A DNA stretch of 36,622 bases from Octopus sinensis (GCF_006345805.1 NW_021824670.1:1-36622); one strand, 5' to 3'; numbered from the stretch's first letter, positions 1-8,450 are shown. Numbers and translations: made by a program. The notes: generated by a model from the letters alone, not told the origin.

Positions 1-151
1 TTTTACAATACGATTTCAAATTCTGTAGATTTGACTGGGCCTTTGAAATGTTCAGGGACGATATATCAAATGATCAAAAGAATATAACCAGAGAACCGAC
101 CACATTCTTCTCTCCAAAACTCGTTCCTTTATAATCATGATAAAAAAAATT

Positions 152-422
152 ACTACTGCTACTGCTGGTATTAGTACTACGACTACAAATGATGATGGGG
201 ATGATGAAGATGCTGCTGCTGTTACTACTACTACTACTACGTCATTCATATCATCACCACCACTACCGCTGCCACCACCACCAACACCATCATCATGATC
301 ATCATCATCGTCAACGTCATTATCATCATCATCATCAATATCTATTAAAACGCTACTACTACTATTACTGCTATTACTACTCCTACTACTGCTACGCCGT
401 TCATATCATCACCTCATCCACC

Positions 423-456
<34 letters not shown>

Positions 457-484
457 TCAATATTTATTAAAACTACTGCTGTTG

Positions 485-522
<38 letters not shown>

Positions 523-545
523 GCTACTGCTACTACTACTACTTT
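152..545. repeat. Compound trinucleotide microsatellite (CTA/CAT/CAC)n
   Basis: Directly visible runs of tac, cat and cac units; explains the poly-L/H/T/Y ORFs at 52-470. Confidence 0.95.
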
Positions 546-1419
546 GCTAATTCAAATAAGGAAATAAGGGTTTCTTTTTCTTTTGTTTTTCTTTTTTTCT
601 TTTTTTTTTTTGCTTTTTGAAGAAAAAGAATGTTTTCAAAGATCGGAGCAGTTTTGGCTTTTGTTTTCCTACATCCTAGTTTTGGCAGGGACGCAGTGCT
701 GACGAGGTCACCGTAGCACTGACAAGAACGCAGTACTGGTAGTGAAACCAGAAATGCGGGAGCAATTACGATTTGGCAAAGGGGGAGGTTAGGACTAGTG
801 TTAGGTTTTGGTTCGGTGGTAGGGAAGACGAATTAAAGACAAAATTGTATGTCAACATTTTATCGCGTTCTGTTTTTTCCTTGTCTTCTTTTCTTGGCAC
901 AGCAATGTATTTATATGAAATAAATGGATAAATATTTATTCATTTGGTTTACAGTGCTGTAAAACGGAGTGATTATAAGAGAGGCACAGTGCTAACTGGT
1001 CAGTGTAAAGGTCGACACTTGTTACGCCTTCAACGTCACGAGCGCTGCGAATTTGCCACGGCTTCCAAAAACAAAAAATCATAACAAACAGCAAAAAAAA
1101 AAAAAAAACAAAATGTAAAATAAATAACAAATATAAACAAAAAACGGGAAAAAATAATAACGATAAAAATATCAAAACAAGCTTTAAACTCTCGCTGACT
1201 CACTTAATCAGTATGTACATATGTATTCATGTATGTCTAAATGTGTGTATATGTGTATATATGAGTGTGTGTGTGTGTACGTTACCTTTTTTTATTGTTT
1301 TGATTATATGAATTCTTCCTAAAAGCTGACCCCAAAGGCAAAAGGCGAAAAGAAAACATCAAAACCTCGCAATTTACATTAGAATATCAAAGTAATTTTT
1401 TATGCTTTATCCCTCCCTT

Positions 1420-1600
1420 GTTTAGGGTCATCGAACTTCGGCCATACTGGAGCACCGCCTTGAAAAGTTCGGCCGAGCAAATCGACCTCTTTATATATTC
1501 AAAAAAAAAAAAAGAAAATACGAATGATATTTTATCGGATTCTCTTGTCGAACTGCTACGTTATTGGGACGTAAGGCAACCAGCTGAGATTGCGAAACAT
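1420..1600 (-). mobile_element. Degraded 3' part of the tRNA-headed SINE
   Basis: ggccatactggagcaccgcc and gagcaaatcgacc match the reverse complement of the SINE tail seen intact at 26674-27077; heavily diverged. Confidence 0.65.
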
Positions 1601-1619
1601 TGTGCAGACAAACGCAAAG

Positions 1620-1935
1620 GTGCGCGCGTGCGCACACACAAACACACACACACACACACGCACACGTACATACACAGGTACACACACACGCACGCACACA
1701 CAGGCGCACGCACACACCGGCGCACGCACACATGCACACATACACGCACACACACACGCACGTACACGTAAGCACACACACGCATACGTATACACACACA
1801 CATGCACACACATGCACATACACACGCGCACACACTCAAACACACGCACGCTCACGTACACACACATACATATATATAAACACACACGCACACGTACACA
1901 CACACACGCATACGTACACACATATACACACGCAC
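1620..1935. repeat. Imperfect (CA)n/(CACG)n microsatellite
   Basis: Directly visible; source of the H/T and C/V ORFs at 1418-2066. Confidence 0.95.
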
Positions 1936-1990
1936 GCTTCTGCTGAAATTATTTGTTTATACTGAACAAAGGTATGAGCAAATTTACACT

Positions 1991-2154
1991 GGCGCAGGAG
2001 TCGCTCTGTGGTAAGTATTTTGCTTACCAGCCACATGGTTCCGGGTTCAGTCCCACTACGTGGCACCTTGGGCTATTACCTCGGGTCGACCAAAGCCTTG
2101 TGAGGGGATTTGGTAGACGGAAACTGAAAGAAGCCCGTCGTGTATATGTATATA
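1991..2154 (+). mobile_element. 5' half of tRNA-headed SINE (Pol III A/B-box head)
   Basis: ggcgcaggagtcgctctgtggtaag...ccgggttcagtccc head, then ggtagacggaaactgaaagaagcccgtcg; same family as the full copy at 32887-33277. Confidence 0.9.
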
Positions 2155-2812
2155 ATTTTTAATTTTTAATTTTTAAAAATTTTATCTAGTTTCAGCTCAC
2201 AAGCTGTGGCCATGCTGGGGCACCGCCATTTGGTGTTGCTACATGATTTTGCCTCACGAATGCTTTTTAGCAATTGCCATTTGGTGCATGAGAGAGTTCG
2301 ATGCAGCTGCCCTCATCTGCACCTCCTGCCGTGAAGTTGGTTCATCTGGGACACCTGACAAGAAGAGATCCAGTTTTATTTTAAAGACATCTGCATCCAC
2401 CCCATGCAGGTCTCTTAGGTTCTTCGGGGGGATATTGAAGAGCTGTGGGCCTCGGAAGCCCAGGCTATCACAATATCTTGTCCTACATCTTCATGGCAAA
2501 TTTGGAGTCTTTGGCACTATGCATTGGCGCCCAGTTCTGGCATTTGTGTAACTCTTGATGCCAAAGTTTGGGACAAGTCCTTCTGGATCGTCCAGATGTA
2601 TATTATGGCATATCTTTCTCGCCTACGCTCTAAGGAATAGAGTCTCAATCTCTTGAGTCTTTCCCAATAGCTTATATGCTGCACAGAGGCCATCTTCTTC
2701 GTGTAGCTTCGTTGAATCGCCTCAAGTTCTGTGATTAACTTGTCACTGGATGGTGACCATAGCTGAGAGCAATAGTCAAAGTGGCTTAGGACAAGTGTCC
2801 TCCAGAGCAACT
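2155..2812 (-). mobile_element. 5'-truncated 3' end of a CR1/L2-group LINE (family B)
   Basis: Minus-strand translation LLWRTLVLSHFDYCSQLWSP...LEAIQRSYTK...YWERLKRLRLYSLERRRERY is a typical ORF2 C-terminus; ends in the same 3' tail as 35851-35908 plus (TAAAAAT)n. Confidence 0.92.
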
Positions 2813-2836
2813 GTAGTAGTAGTAGTAGTAGTAGTA

Positions 2837-2881
<45 letters not shown>

Positions 2882-3035
2882 CAGCAGTAGTAGTAGAAAA
2901 AGAAGAAGAAGAAGAAAAAGAAAAAGAAAAAGAAGAAGAAGAAAACGACAACAACGAAAGCTACTACTACTACAGCATTCACGGCAATAACAACGCGAAA
3001 AAGGAGAATGGCGATCGTGTATATATATATATATT

Positions 3036-3116
<81 letters not shown>

Positions 3117-3119
3117 GTG
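2813..3119. repeat. Compound simple repeats (TAG)n, (AAG)n, (TA)n, (GT)n
   Basis: Directly visible. Confidence 0.9.
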
Positions 3120-3326
3120 TGTATATGTTTGTCCCCTCAACATCGCATGACAACTGATGCTGGTGTATTTACGTCCCCTGTAACTTAGCAGTTCGACAAA
3201 AGAGACCGATAGAATAAGTACAAGGCTTACAAAGAATAAGTCCTGGGGTCGATTTGTTCGACTAAAGGTGGTGCTCCAGCATGGCCGCAGCCAAATGACT
3301 GAAACAGGTAAAAGTAAAAGTAAAAG
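3120..3326 (+). mobile_element. 3' half of tRNA-headed SINE
   Basis: tttgtcccctcaacatcgc...aaagagaccgatagaataagtac...ggtggtgctccagcatggccgcagccaaatgactgaaacagg followed by a (TAAAAG)n tail; complements the head at 1991-2154. Confidence 0.9.
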
Positions 3327-3476
3327 TCCGCCACACCTTGGGACTCAGGTGTCGAAGTGGTGGCAGAGCAACGTGAAGTGCAATATCTTGCTCAAGAGCA
3401 CAACGTACGCCCTTCTCCAGGAATTAAAACAACACCCTAACTACGAGTGCATGTATCCACACACACACATATATAG

Positions 3477-3519
<43 letters not shown>

Positions 3520-3526
<7 letters not shown>

Positions 3527-4030
3527 CACTATACTGTGTCCCTGTCTTTTTTCTCGCCCCTCCTTATTTCTTCTGTCCCTCTGCACTCTACTTCTCTCTC
3601 TTCTTTCCCCACGTGACCGGTGTTCGGCCAAGCCTGACCTTTCTTGGTTAGGCCGCTGTCCGTGCAACGTCTATATTCTTCTCTGTGCCTGTGAACTCTT
3701 GTATCCCTGCCGTAAGGCTTTACTTCCACACACTCCAGCTTCAATTAATTCGTCCTTATCGAAAGATACCTGTTGTTATGTCCTGTTATTTGTATTTGTG
3801 TAACCTTCTCCGCTTGTTTTTCTTACTAGTTTTGATATACATTCGCTGCTTTCTTCCAAGGAATCTAATACTTTTAGCTTAGTTTTTCCTTGGTGCTGGC
3901 CAGATTGGAGCAATATCGAGTATAACCAGCCGAAATTGCAAAGATAACCTGGAACTCGACTGAGGATAGAAAACTCCGAATGACCCGTCCTTGTTTTCTT
4001 TGCATCGTCTATGTGGATATTTTGGGTTCT
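3520..4030. repeat. Unclassified interspersed repeat between (TA)n tracts, possibly a non-autonomous Penelope-like derivative
   Basis: Complex ~500-bp sequence bounded by TA runs on both sides; resemblance to a recalled octopus repeat only; no ORF homology recognised. Confidence 0.35.
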
Positions 4031-4124
4031 TGTCCCATCATGTATTTATATGTATAGATATATATATCCCTCTCTCTCTCTCCATCTCTCTCTCTCTCTC
4101 TCTGTACATACATACATACATACA

Positions 4125-4160
<36 letters not shown>

Positions 4161-4174
4161 TATATGTATATATC

Positions 4175-4413
4175 ATGGAGAAATAGCGCAAAATTCGAAT
4201 GCCTGTGGTTATCCGTCAATTTACTGCAGGAACTTCGTAGTTGCAGTTGGGGTAACAGTATTAATAAAATAGGGGATGGAATGTGTAATAGACTTTATTG
4301 GGTACAACACATGTTTCGACCCGTTCTGGGTCTTTTCAGGTACATCAATATAAAGTCACACTAGAGATTTCTTGAGTGGACTTACGTACCGCTATATGTC
4401 CATCAAACTCGAG
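4175..4413 (-). mobile_element. Solo Penelope-like pLTR-type unit (~240 bp) in a (TA)n tract
   Basis: Contains a minimal hammerhead motif (4302-4343) followed 6 nt later by AATAAA on the minus strand; TA runs on both flanks. Confidence 0.7.
4302..4343 (-). ncRNA. Minimal type I hammerhead ribozyme motif with G8A core change
   Basis: Minus strand GTAC-CTGAAAA-GACCC(AGAAC)GGGTC-GAAA-C ATGT G-TT-GTAC: stem I GTAC/GTAC, 5-bp stem II, GUU triplet; core reads CUGAAAA instead of CUGANGA. Confidence 0.75.
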
Positions 4414-4440
4414 AATATATATATATACTTTAATTTTTTT

Positions 4441-4808
4441 TTTACTTATTTCAGTGATTTGACTGCGGCCATGCTGGAGCACCGCCTTTAGTAGAACAAT
4501 TCGAGCCCAGGACTTATTCTTTGTAAACCAAGTACTTATTCTATCGTCCCATTTTGTAGAACTGGTAAGTTGCAGGGACGTAAACACACCAACACCGGTT
4601 GTCAAGTGATGGTGGGTGGACAAACACAGACACACAAATACACACACATACGACAGGCCTTTTTCGATTTTTTCATTTACCGAATCCACTCACAAGGCTT
4701 TGGTCGGCGCGAGACTATAGTAGAAGACACCCGCGGAAGGTGCAGTGGGGCTGAACCTGGGACCATGTAGTTTGGGAGAAAGCTTCTTACCACACAGCCA
4801 CGCCTACG
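4441..4808 (-). mobile_element. Near full-length tRNA-headed SINE
   Basis: Colinear with 26674-27077 from tail (gactgcggccatgctggagcaccgcc) to head (cttaccacacagccacgcct). Confidence 0.9.
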
Positions 4809-4809
4809 T

Positions 4810-4883
4810 CTATATATATGTATAATATATATATATATATTATATATATATATATATTATATATATATTATATATATATAATA

Positions 4884-4916
<33 letters not shown>

Positions 4917-4943
4917 GATATAGATATATATATATATATATAT
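4810..4943. repeat. (TA)n microsatellite, left flank of the ribozyme array
   Basis: Directly visible. Confidence 0.95.
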
Positions 4944-5169
4944 ATTAATCAATATAGGTGGTGAAAAAAATTTAGTAGAATTCCTTTTGCCACCAGCGGC
5001 CTAGTGGGAAAAAATTAAATAGTCATAGACCATTTTTAAGTTCAACATCAACAATCAAGGAACGGCCATAATAGGCCATTCACCCACTAGAAATAACAGC
5101 CAAGCTTCAACCGCAAATAAAGATCAATTCCGTAAACAGGAGAAAATTAAAAAAAACATTTACCCTGTA

Positions 5170-5275
5170 ATTTCTTGTACGATGCACCGTTTCGTCTGCT
5201 GTTTAATGGTAAACTAACTGATTAAATTAAATCAAGCCAATCTTCCATAGGCCCTCAGATTCTTCAGCAAGAAAT
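5170..5275 (-). ncRNA. Type I hammerhead ribozyme, copy 1
   Basis: Minus strand ATTTCTTG-CTGAAGA-[long stem II]-GAAAC-GGTGCATC-GTA-CAAGAAAT: intact CUGANGA and GAAA boxes, 8-bp stem I, 4-bp stem III with UGCA loop, GUA triplet. Confidence 0.85.
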
Positions 5276-5658
5276 AGCCAAGTCGGAACAGATATTTTCA
5301 CGAGGCATTTCCGACACTGCCAAGGCAATATCTGACCTAAAATTTTCAAATCGTCGCACTCGCGCCAAATTTATCGGCAGCAAATAAATATAAGCCGTCG
5401 ATTCCATTACGGAATTAACCAGAAAATTCATAATTAATCAATATAGGGTGGTGAAAAAAATTTAGTAGAATTCCTTTTGCCACCAGCGGCCTAGTGGGAA
5501 AAAATTAAATAGTCATAGACCATTTTTAGTTCAACATCAACAATCAAGGAACGGCCATAATAGGCCATTCACCCACTAGAAATAACAGCCAAAGCTTCAA
5601 CCGCAATAAAGATCAATTCCGTAAACAGGAGAAAATTTAAAAAAACATTTACCCTGTA

Positions 5659-5764
5659 ATTTCTTGTACGATGCACCGTTTCGTCTGCTGTTTAATGGTA
5701 AACTAACCTGATTAAATTAAATCAAGCCAATCTTCCATAGGCCCTCAGATTCTTCAGCAGAAAT
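5659..5764 (-). ncRNA. Type I hammerhead ribozyme, copy 2
   Basis: Same motif as copy 1; a 1-nt deletion in the 5' strand of stem I (cagcagaaat vs cagcaagaaat), possibly a sequencing error. Confidence 0.82.
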
Positions 5765-6148
5765 AGCCAAGTCGGAACAGATATTTTCACGAGGCATTTC
5801 CGACACTGCCAAGGCAATATCTGACCTAAAATTTTCAAATCGTCGCACTCGCGCCAAATTTATCGGCAGCAAATAAATATAAGCCGTCGATTCCATTACG
5901 GAATTAACCAAAAATTCATAATTAATCAATATAGGGTGGTGAAAAAAATTTAGTAGAATTCCTTTTGCCACCAGCGGCCTAGTGGGAAAAAATTAAATAG
6001 TCATAGACCATTTTTAAGTTCAACATCAACAATCAAGGAACGGCCATAATAGGCCATTCACCCACTAGAAATAACAGCCAAAGCTTCAACCGCAAATAAA
6101 GATCAATTCCGTAAACAGGAGAAAATTTAAAAAAACATTTACCCTGTA

Positions 6149-6252
6149 ATTTCTTGTACGATGCACCGTTTCGTCTGCTGTTTAATGGTAAACTAACCTG
6201 ATTAAATTAAATCAAGCCAATCTTCCATAGGCCCTCAGATTCTTCAGCAAGA
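6149..6252 (-). ncRNA. Type I hammerhead ribozyme, copy 3 (stem I cut to 5 bp by the inversion junction)
   Basis: Same core; only TCTTG of the stem I 5' strand remains before the fold-back centre at 6253. Confidence 0.8.
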
Positions 6253-6253
6253 T

Positions 6254-6357
6254 TCTTGCTGAAGAATCTGAGGGCCTATGGAAGATTGGCTTGATTTAAT
6301 TTAATCAGGTTAGTTTACCATTAAACAGCAGACGAAACGGTGCATCGTACAAGAAAT
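6254..6357 (+). ncRNA. Type I hammerhead ribozyme, inverted copy 4
   Basis: TCTTG(6254-58) CTGAAGA(6259-65) stem II(6266-6333) GAAAC(6334-38) GGTGCATC GTA(6347-49) CAAGA(6350-54) read directly on the plus strand. Confidence 0.82.
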
Positions 6358-6477
6358 TACAGGGTAAATGTTTTTTTAAATTTTCTCCTGTTTACGGAAT
6401 TGATCTTTATTTGCGGTTGAAGCTTTGGCTGTTATTTCTAGTGGGTGAATGGCCTATTATGGCCGTTCCTTGATTGT

Positions 6478-6519
<42 letters not shown>

Positions 6520-6522
<3 letters not shown>

Positions 6523-6850
6523 GTGTGGTCCAGTAGCACCTTGGGCAAGTGTCTTCTACTATATCCTCGGTCCGACCAAAGCATTGTCAGTAGATTTGGT
6601 AGACGGAAACTGAAAGAAGCCCGTCGTATATATATTTATGTGTGTGTGTGTTTTTGTCCACCCACCCCCGACCATCGCTTGACAACCGATGTTGGTGTGT
6701 TTAAGTCTCCGTAAGTTAGCGGTTCGGCAAAAGAGACCGACAACATATGTACTTAGCTTACAAAGTCTATATCCTGGGGTCGATTTGTTCCACTAAAGGC
6801 GATACTCCAGCATGGCCTCAGTCAAATAACTGAAACAAGTTAAAGAATAA
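6520..6850 (+). mobile_element. 5'-truncated tRNA-headed SINE
   Basis: gcaccttgggcaagtgtcttctac...gatttggtagacggaaactgaaagaagcccgtcg...ccagcatggcctcagtcaaataactgaaacaag. Confidence 0.88.
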
Positions 6851-6860
6851 ATGAACAAAA

Positions 6861-6902
<42 letters not shown>

Positions 6903-6906
6903 ATCT

Positions 6907-7077
6907 GGGGAGAGTCATTTTCTTTTTGTGCCTTAAAATGTAACACACTCACCGGTAAAATTTCAAATTATTTCTTATTTTAATTAAAAATAAAAAATAA
7001 AAAAAATAAGAAATAAGTGGAAATTTTACCGGTGAGTGTGTTACATTATAAGGCACAAAAAGAAAATGACTCTTCCC
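6907..7077. repeat. ~170-bp palindromic element (58-bp arms plus inner AT-rich arms); MITE-like or a Penelope-type inversion
   Basis: 6907-6964 is the near-exact reverse complement of 7020-7077; inner ttatttcttatttt/aaaataagaaataa also pair. Confidence 0.8.
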
Positions 7078-7216
7078 ATACACAAAAGAATATGTTTCAA
7101 CACACAAACTCATATAAAGAATCTTGCAAACCAAATCCAAAAACGAAGATCGCGTGTGTACCGTTGGCGAGTTTTTTTCCTCCGTCTTCCCTTCTCTGGA
7201 TCTTTCCCTTTCCTAT

Positions 7217-7251
7217 GTTTCTGACGAGGAGCTCCGCTCGAAACGTAATAC
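7217..7251 (+). ncRNA. Minimal type I hammerhead motif (Penelope-type, ACGT palindromic stem III)
   Basis: GTTT-CTGACGA-G-GAGC(TCC)GCTC-GAAA-C-GTA-ATAC; one mismatch in stem I. Confidence 0.75.
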
Positions 7252-7460
7252 CCTCCTTCCTTCCTTTCTTCCTGAGCGTCCAATAATACTATATTTGTTC
7301 CACGTCCTCGCGTTGTTGTGTTTTCTCTTGGTGTTTTCATGTTTGGATTAACTTTATATATATATATTCAATATATATTCAAGATATTTTCAATTTGTGA
7401 TCGCGTGTGTATTGTTGGCGATTTTCATTCTCCATCTTCCCTTCATTGGACTTTTTCTAT

Positions 7461-7495
7461 ATTTCTGATGAAGAGCTCTGCTCGAAACGTGAAAT
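7461..7495 (+). ncRNA. Minimal type I hammerhead motif with non-canonical GUG triplet
   Basis: ATTT-CTGATGA-A-GAGC(TCT)GCTC-GAAA-C-GTG-AAAT; perfect stems I and II. Confidence 0.75.
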
Positions 7496-8320
7496 CCTCT
7501 TTCTTTTCTTTCCTTTCCTGAGTGTTCAATAACACTGTACTTGTTCAACGTCCTCACGTTGTTGCTTGTTTTTTTTTCTTGCTTGTTCATGTTTGGATAT
7601 ATGTGTTTGTGTGTGTGTGTGTGTGTGTGTATGTGTGTGTGTGTAAAGAAAGAAAGAAAGAAAGAAAAAAAGAAAGAGAGAGAGAGAGAGAGAAAGAAAG
7701 AAATAGAAAATTACAGTGAGATACAAATCAGGAGTGGTGCTCCATCATAGTCTTTGCTCTGATGTCTAAAATAAGCTTTCTGTGTGTCAATGAAAGTGTT
7801 AATCTATGTATATCAGACATGCATATATGTATGTATATAGACGCGTATGTTAAGTACGATCTATTCTTTTCTGTTGTTAGCACGTTAGTACAAGTGGAAC
7901 AACATGGCACGCCGTTATATAAAAGTGTGTACCACATAGTTCGTTTATATGTCATTATCTGTCATTATCAGTTATTATGTGCATTTAGTGTGGGTCTAAG
8001 TATGTATGTATGTATGTATGTATGAATGCGTGTATGATATGTATGCGTGTATGTATGTACGTATGTATGTATTATGTATGTATGTATGTATGTATTATGT
8101 ATGCATGTATGTATACATATATATATATATATGTATATGTGTGTTTGTGTGTGTGTTTTGTATGATGTATGTATATTTACACATGCACTTATATGTATAC
8201 ACGCATACATACACTCGTGTATATATATATCTATCTCTATATACACATTCCTCTGTCTATACACACGCACATTCTCACACGCTTTTACATATGAAATGTT
8301 CATGTGTATATATATATATA

Positions 8321-8381
<61 letters not shown>

Positions 8382-8450
8382 CCATATATATGTAACTACC
8401 TATCTGTTTATCTGTCTGTCCATCTATCTATTTCTTTTTCTCTCTGTATT

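Larger units (their letters stand above)
4944..6481 (-). mobile_element. Retrozyme-like element: 2.7 tandem ~490-bp hammerhead-bearing units plus a 228-bp terminal inversion, inserted in (TA)n
   Basis: Units restart at attaatcaatatagg near 4944, 5433 and 5920; predicted cleavage sites at 5177/5178, 5666/5667 and 6156/6157 (spacing 489 and 490); copies differ almost only by single-base indels; 6026-6252 is the exact reverse complement of 6254-6480; (TA)n on both sides. Confidence 0.85.
7078..7600 (+). mobile_element. Two diverged Penelope-like pLTR-type units in tandem (244-nt hammerhead spacing)
   Basis: Both units share gatcgcgtgtgta...ttggcga...tcttccctt...ctga(c/t)ga..gagctc.gctcgaaacgt...cctgag.gt...acgtcctc...catgtttgga; a third copy is at 24372-24585 on the minus strand. 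Confidence 0.8.

Noticed and set aside
3955-3993. Hammerhead-like CTGAGGA...GAAT...GTC
   Set aside because: GAAU replaces GAAA, no stem II forms in this copy and stem I is out of register.
5771-5823. HDV-like ribozyme suggested by the crossing helices and a UGCCUCG loop
   Set aside because: There is no GG for P1.1, no P4 and no J4/2 linker with a catalytic C; the last two strands are directly adjacent. Kept only as a pseudoknot/switch finding.
5717-5971. 84-aa ORF in the repeat unit
   Set aside because: It starts at a non-ATG codon, spans a unit junction, depends on copy-specific 1-nt deletions and has no recognisable domain.
4944-6252. Endless rolling-circle ORF, since the consensus monomer (492 nt) is a multiple of three
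   Set aside because: Hand translation of the ribozyme-sense strand hits a stop in all three frames within about 125 nt of the cleavage site.
4944-6481. CRISPR-like or rDNA-like array
   Set aside because: Units are ~490-bp near-identical copies without unique spacers, and there is no rRNA or tRNA similarity.
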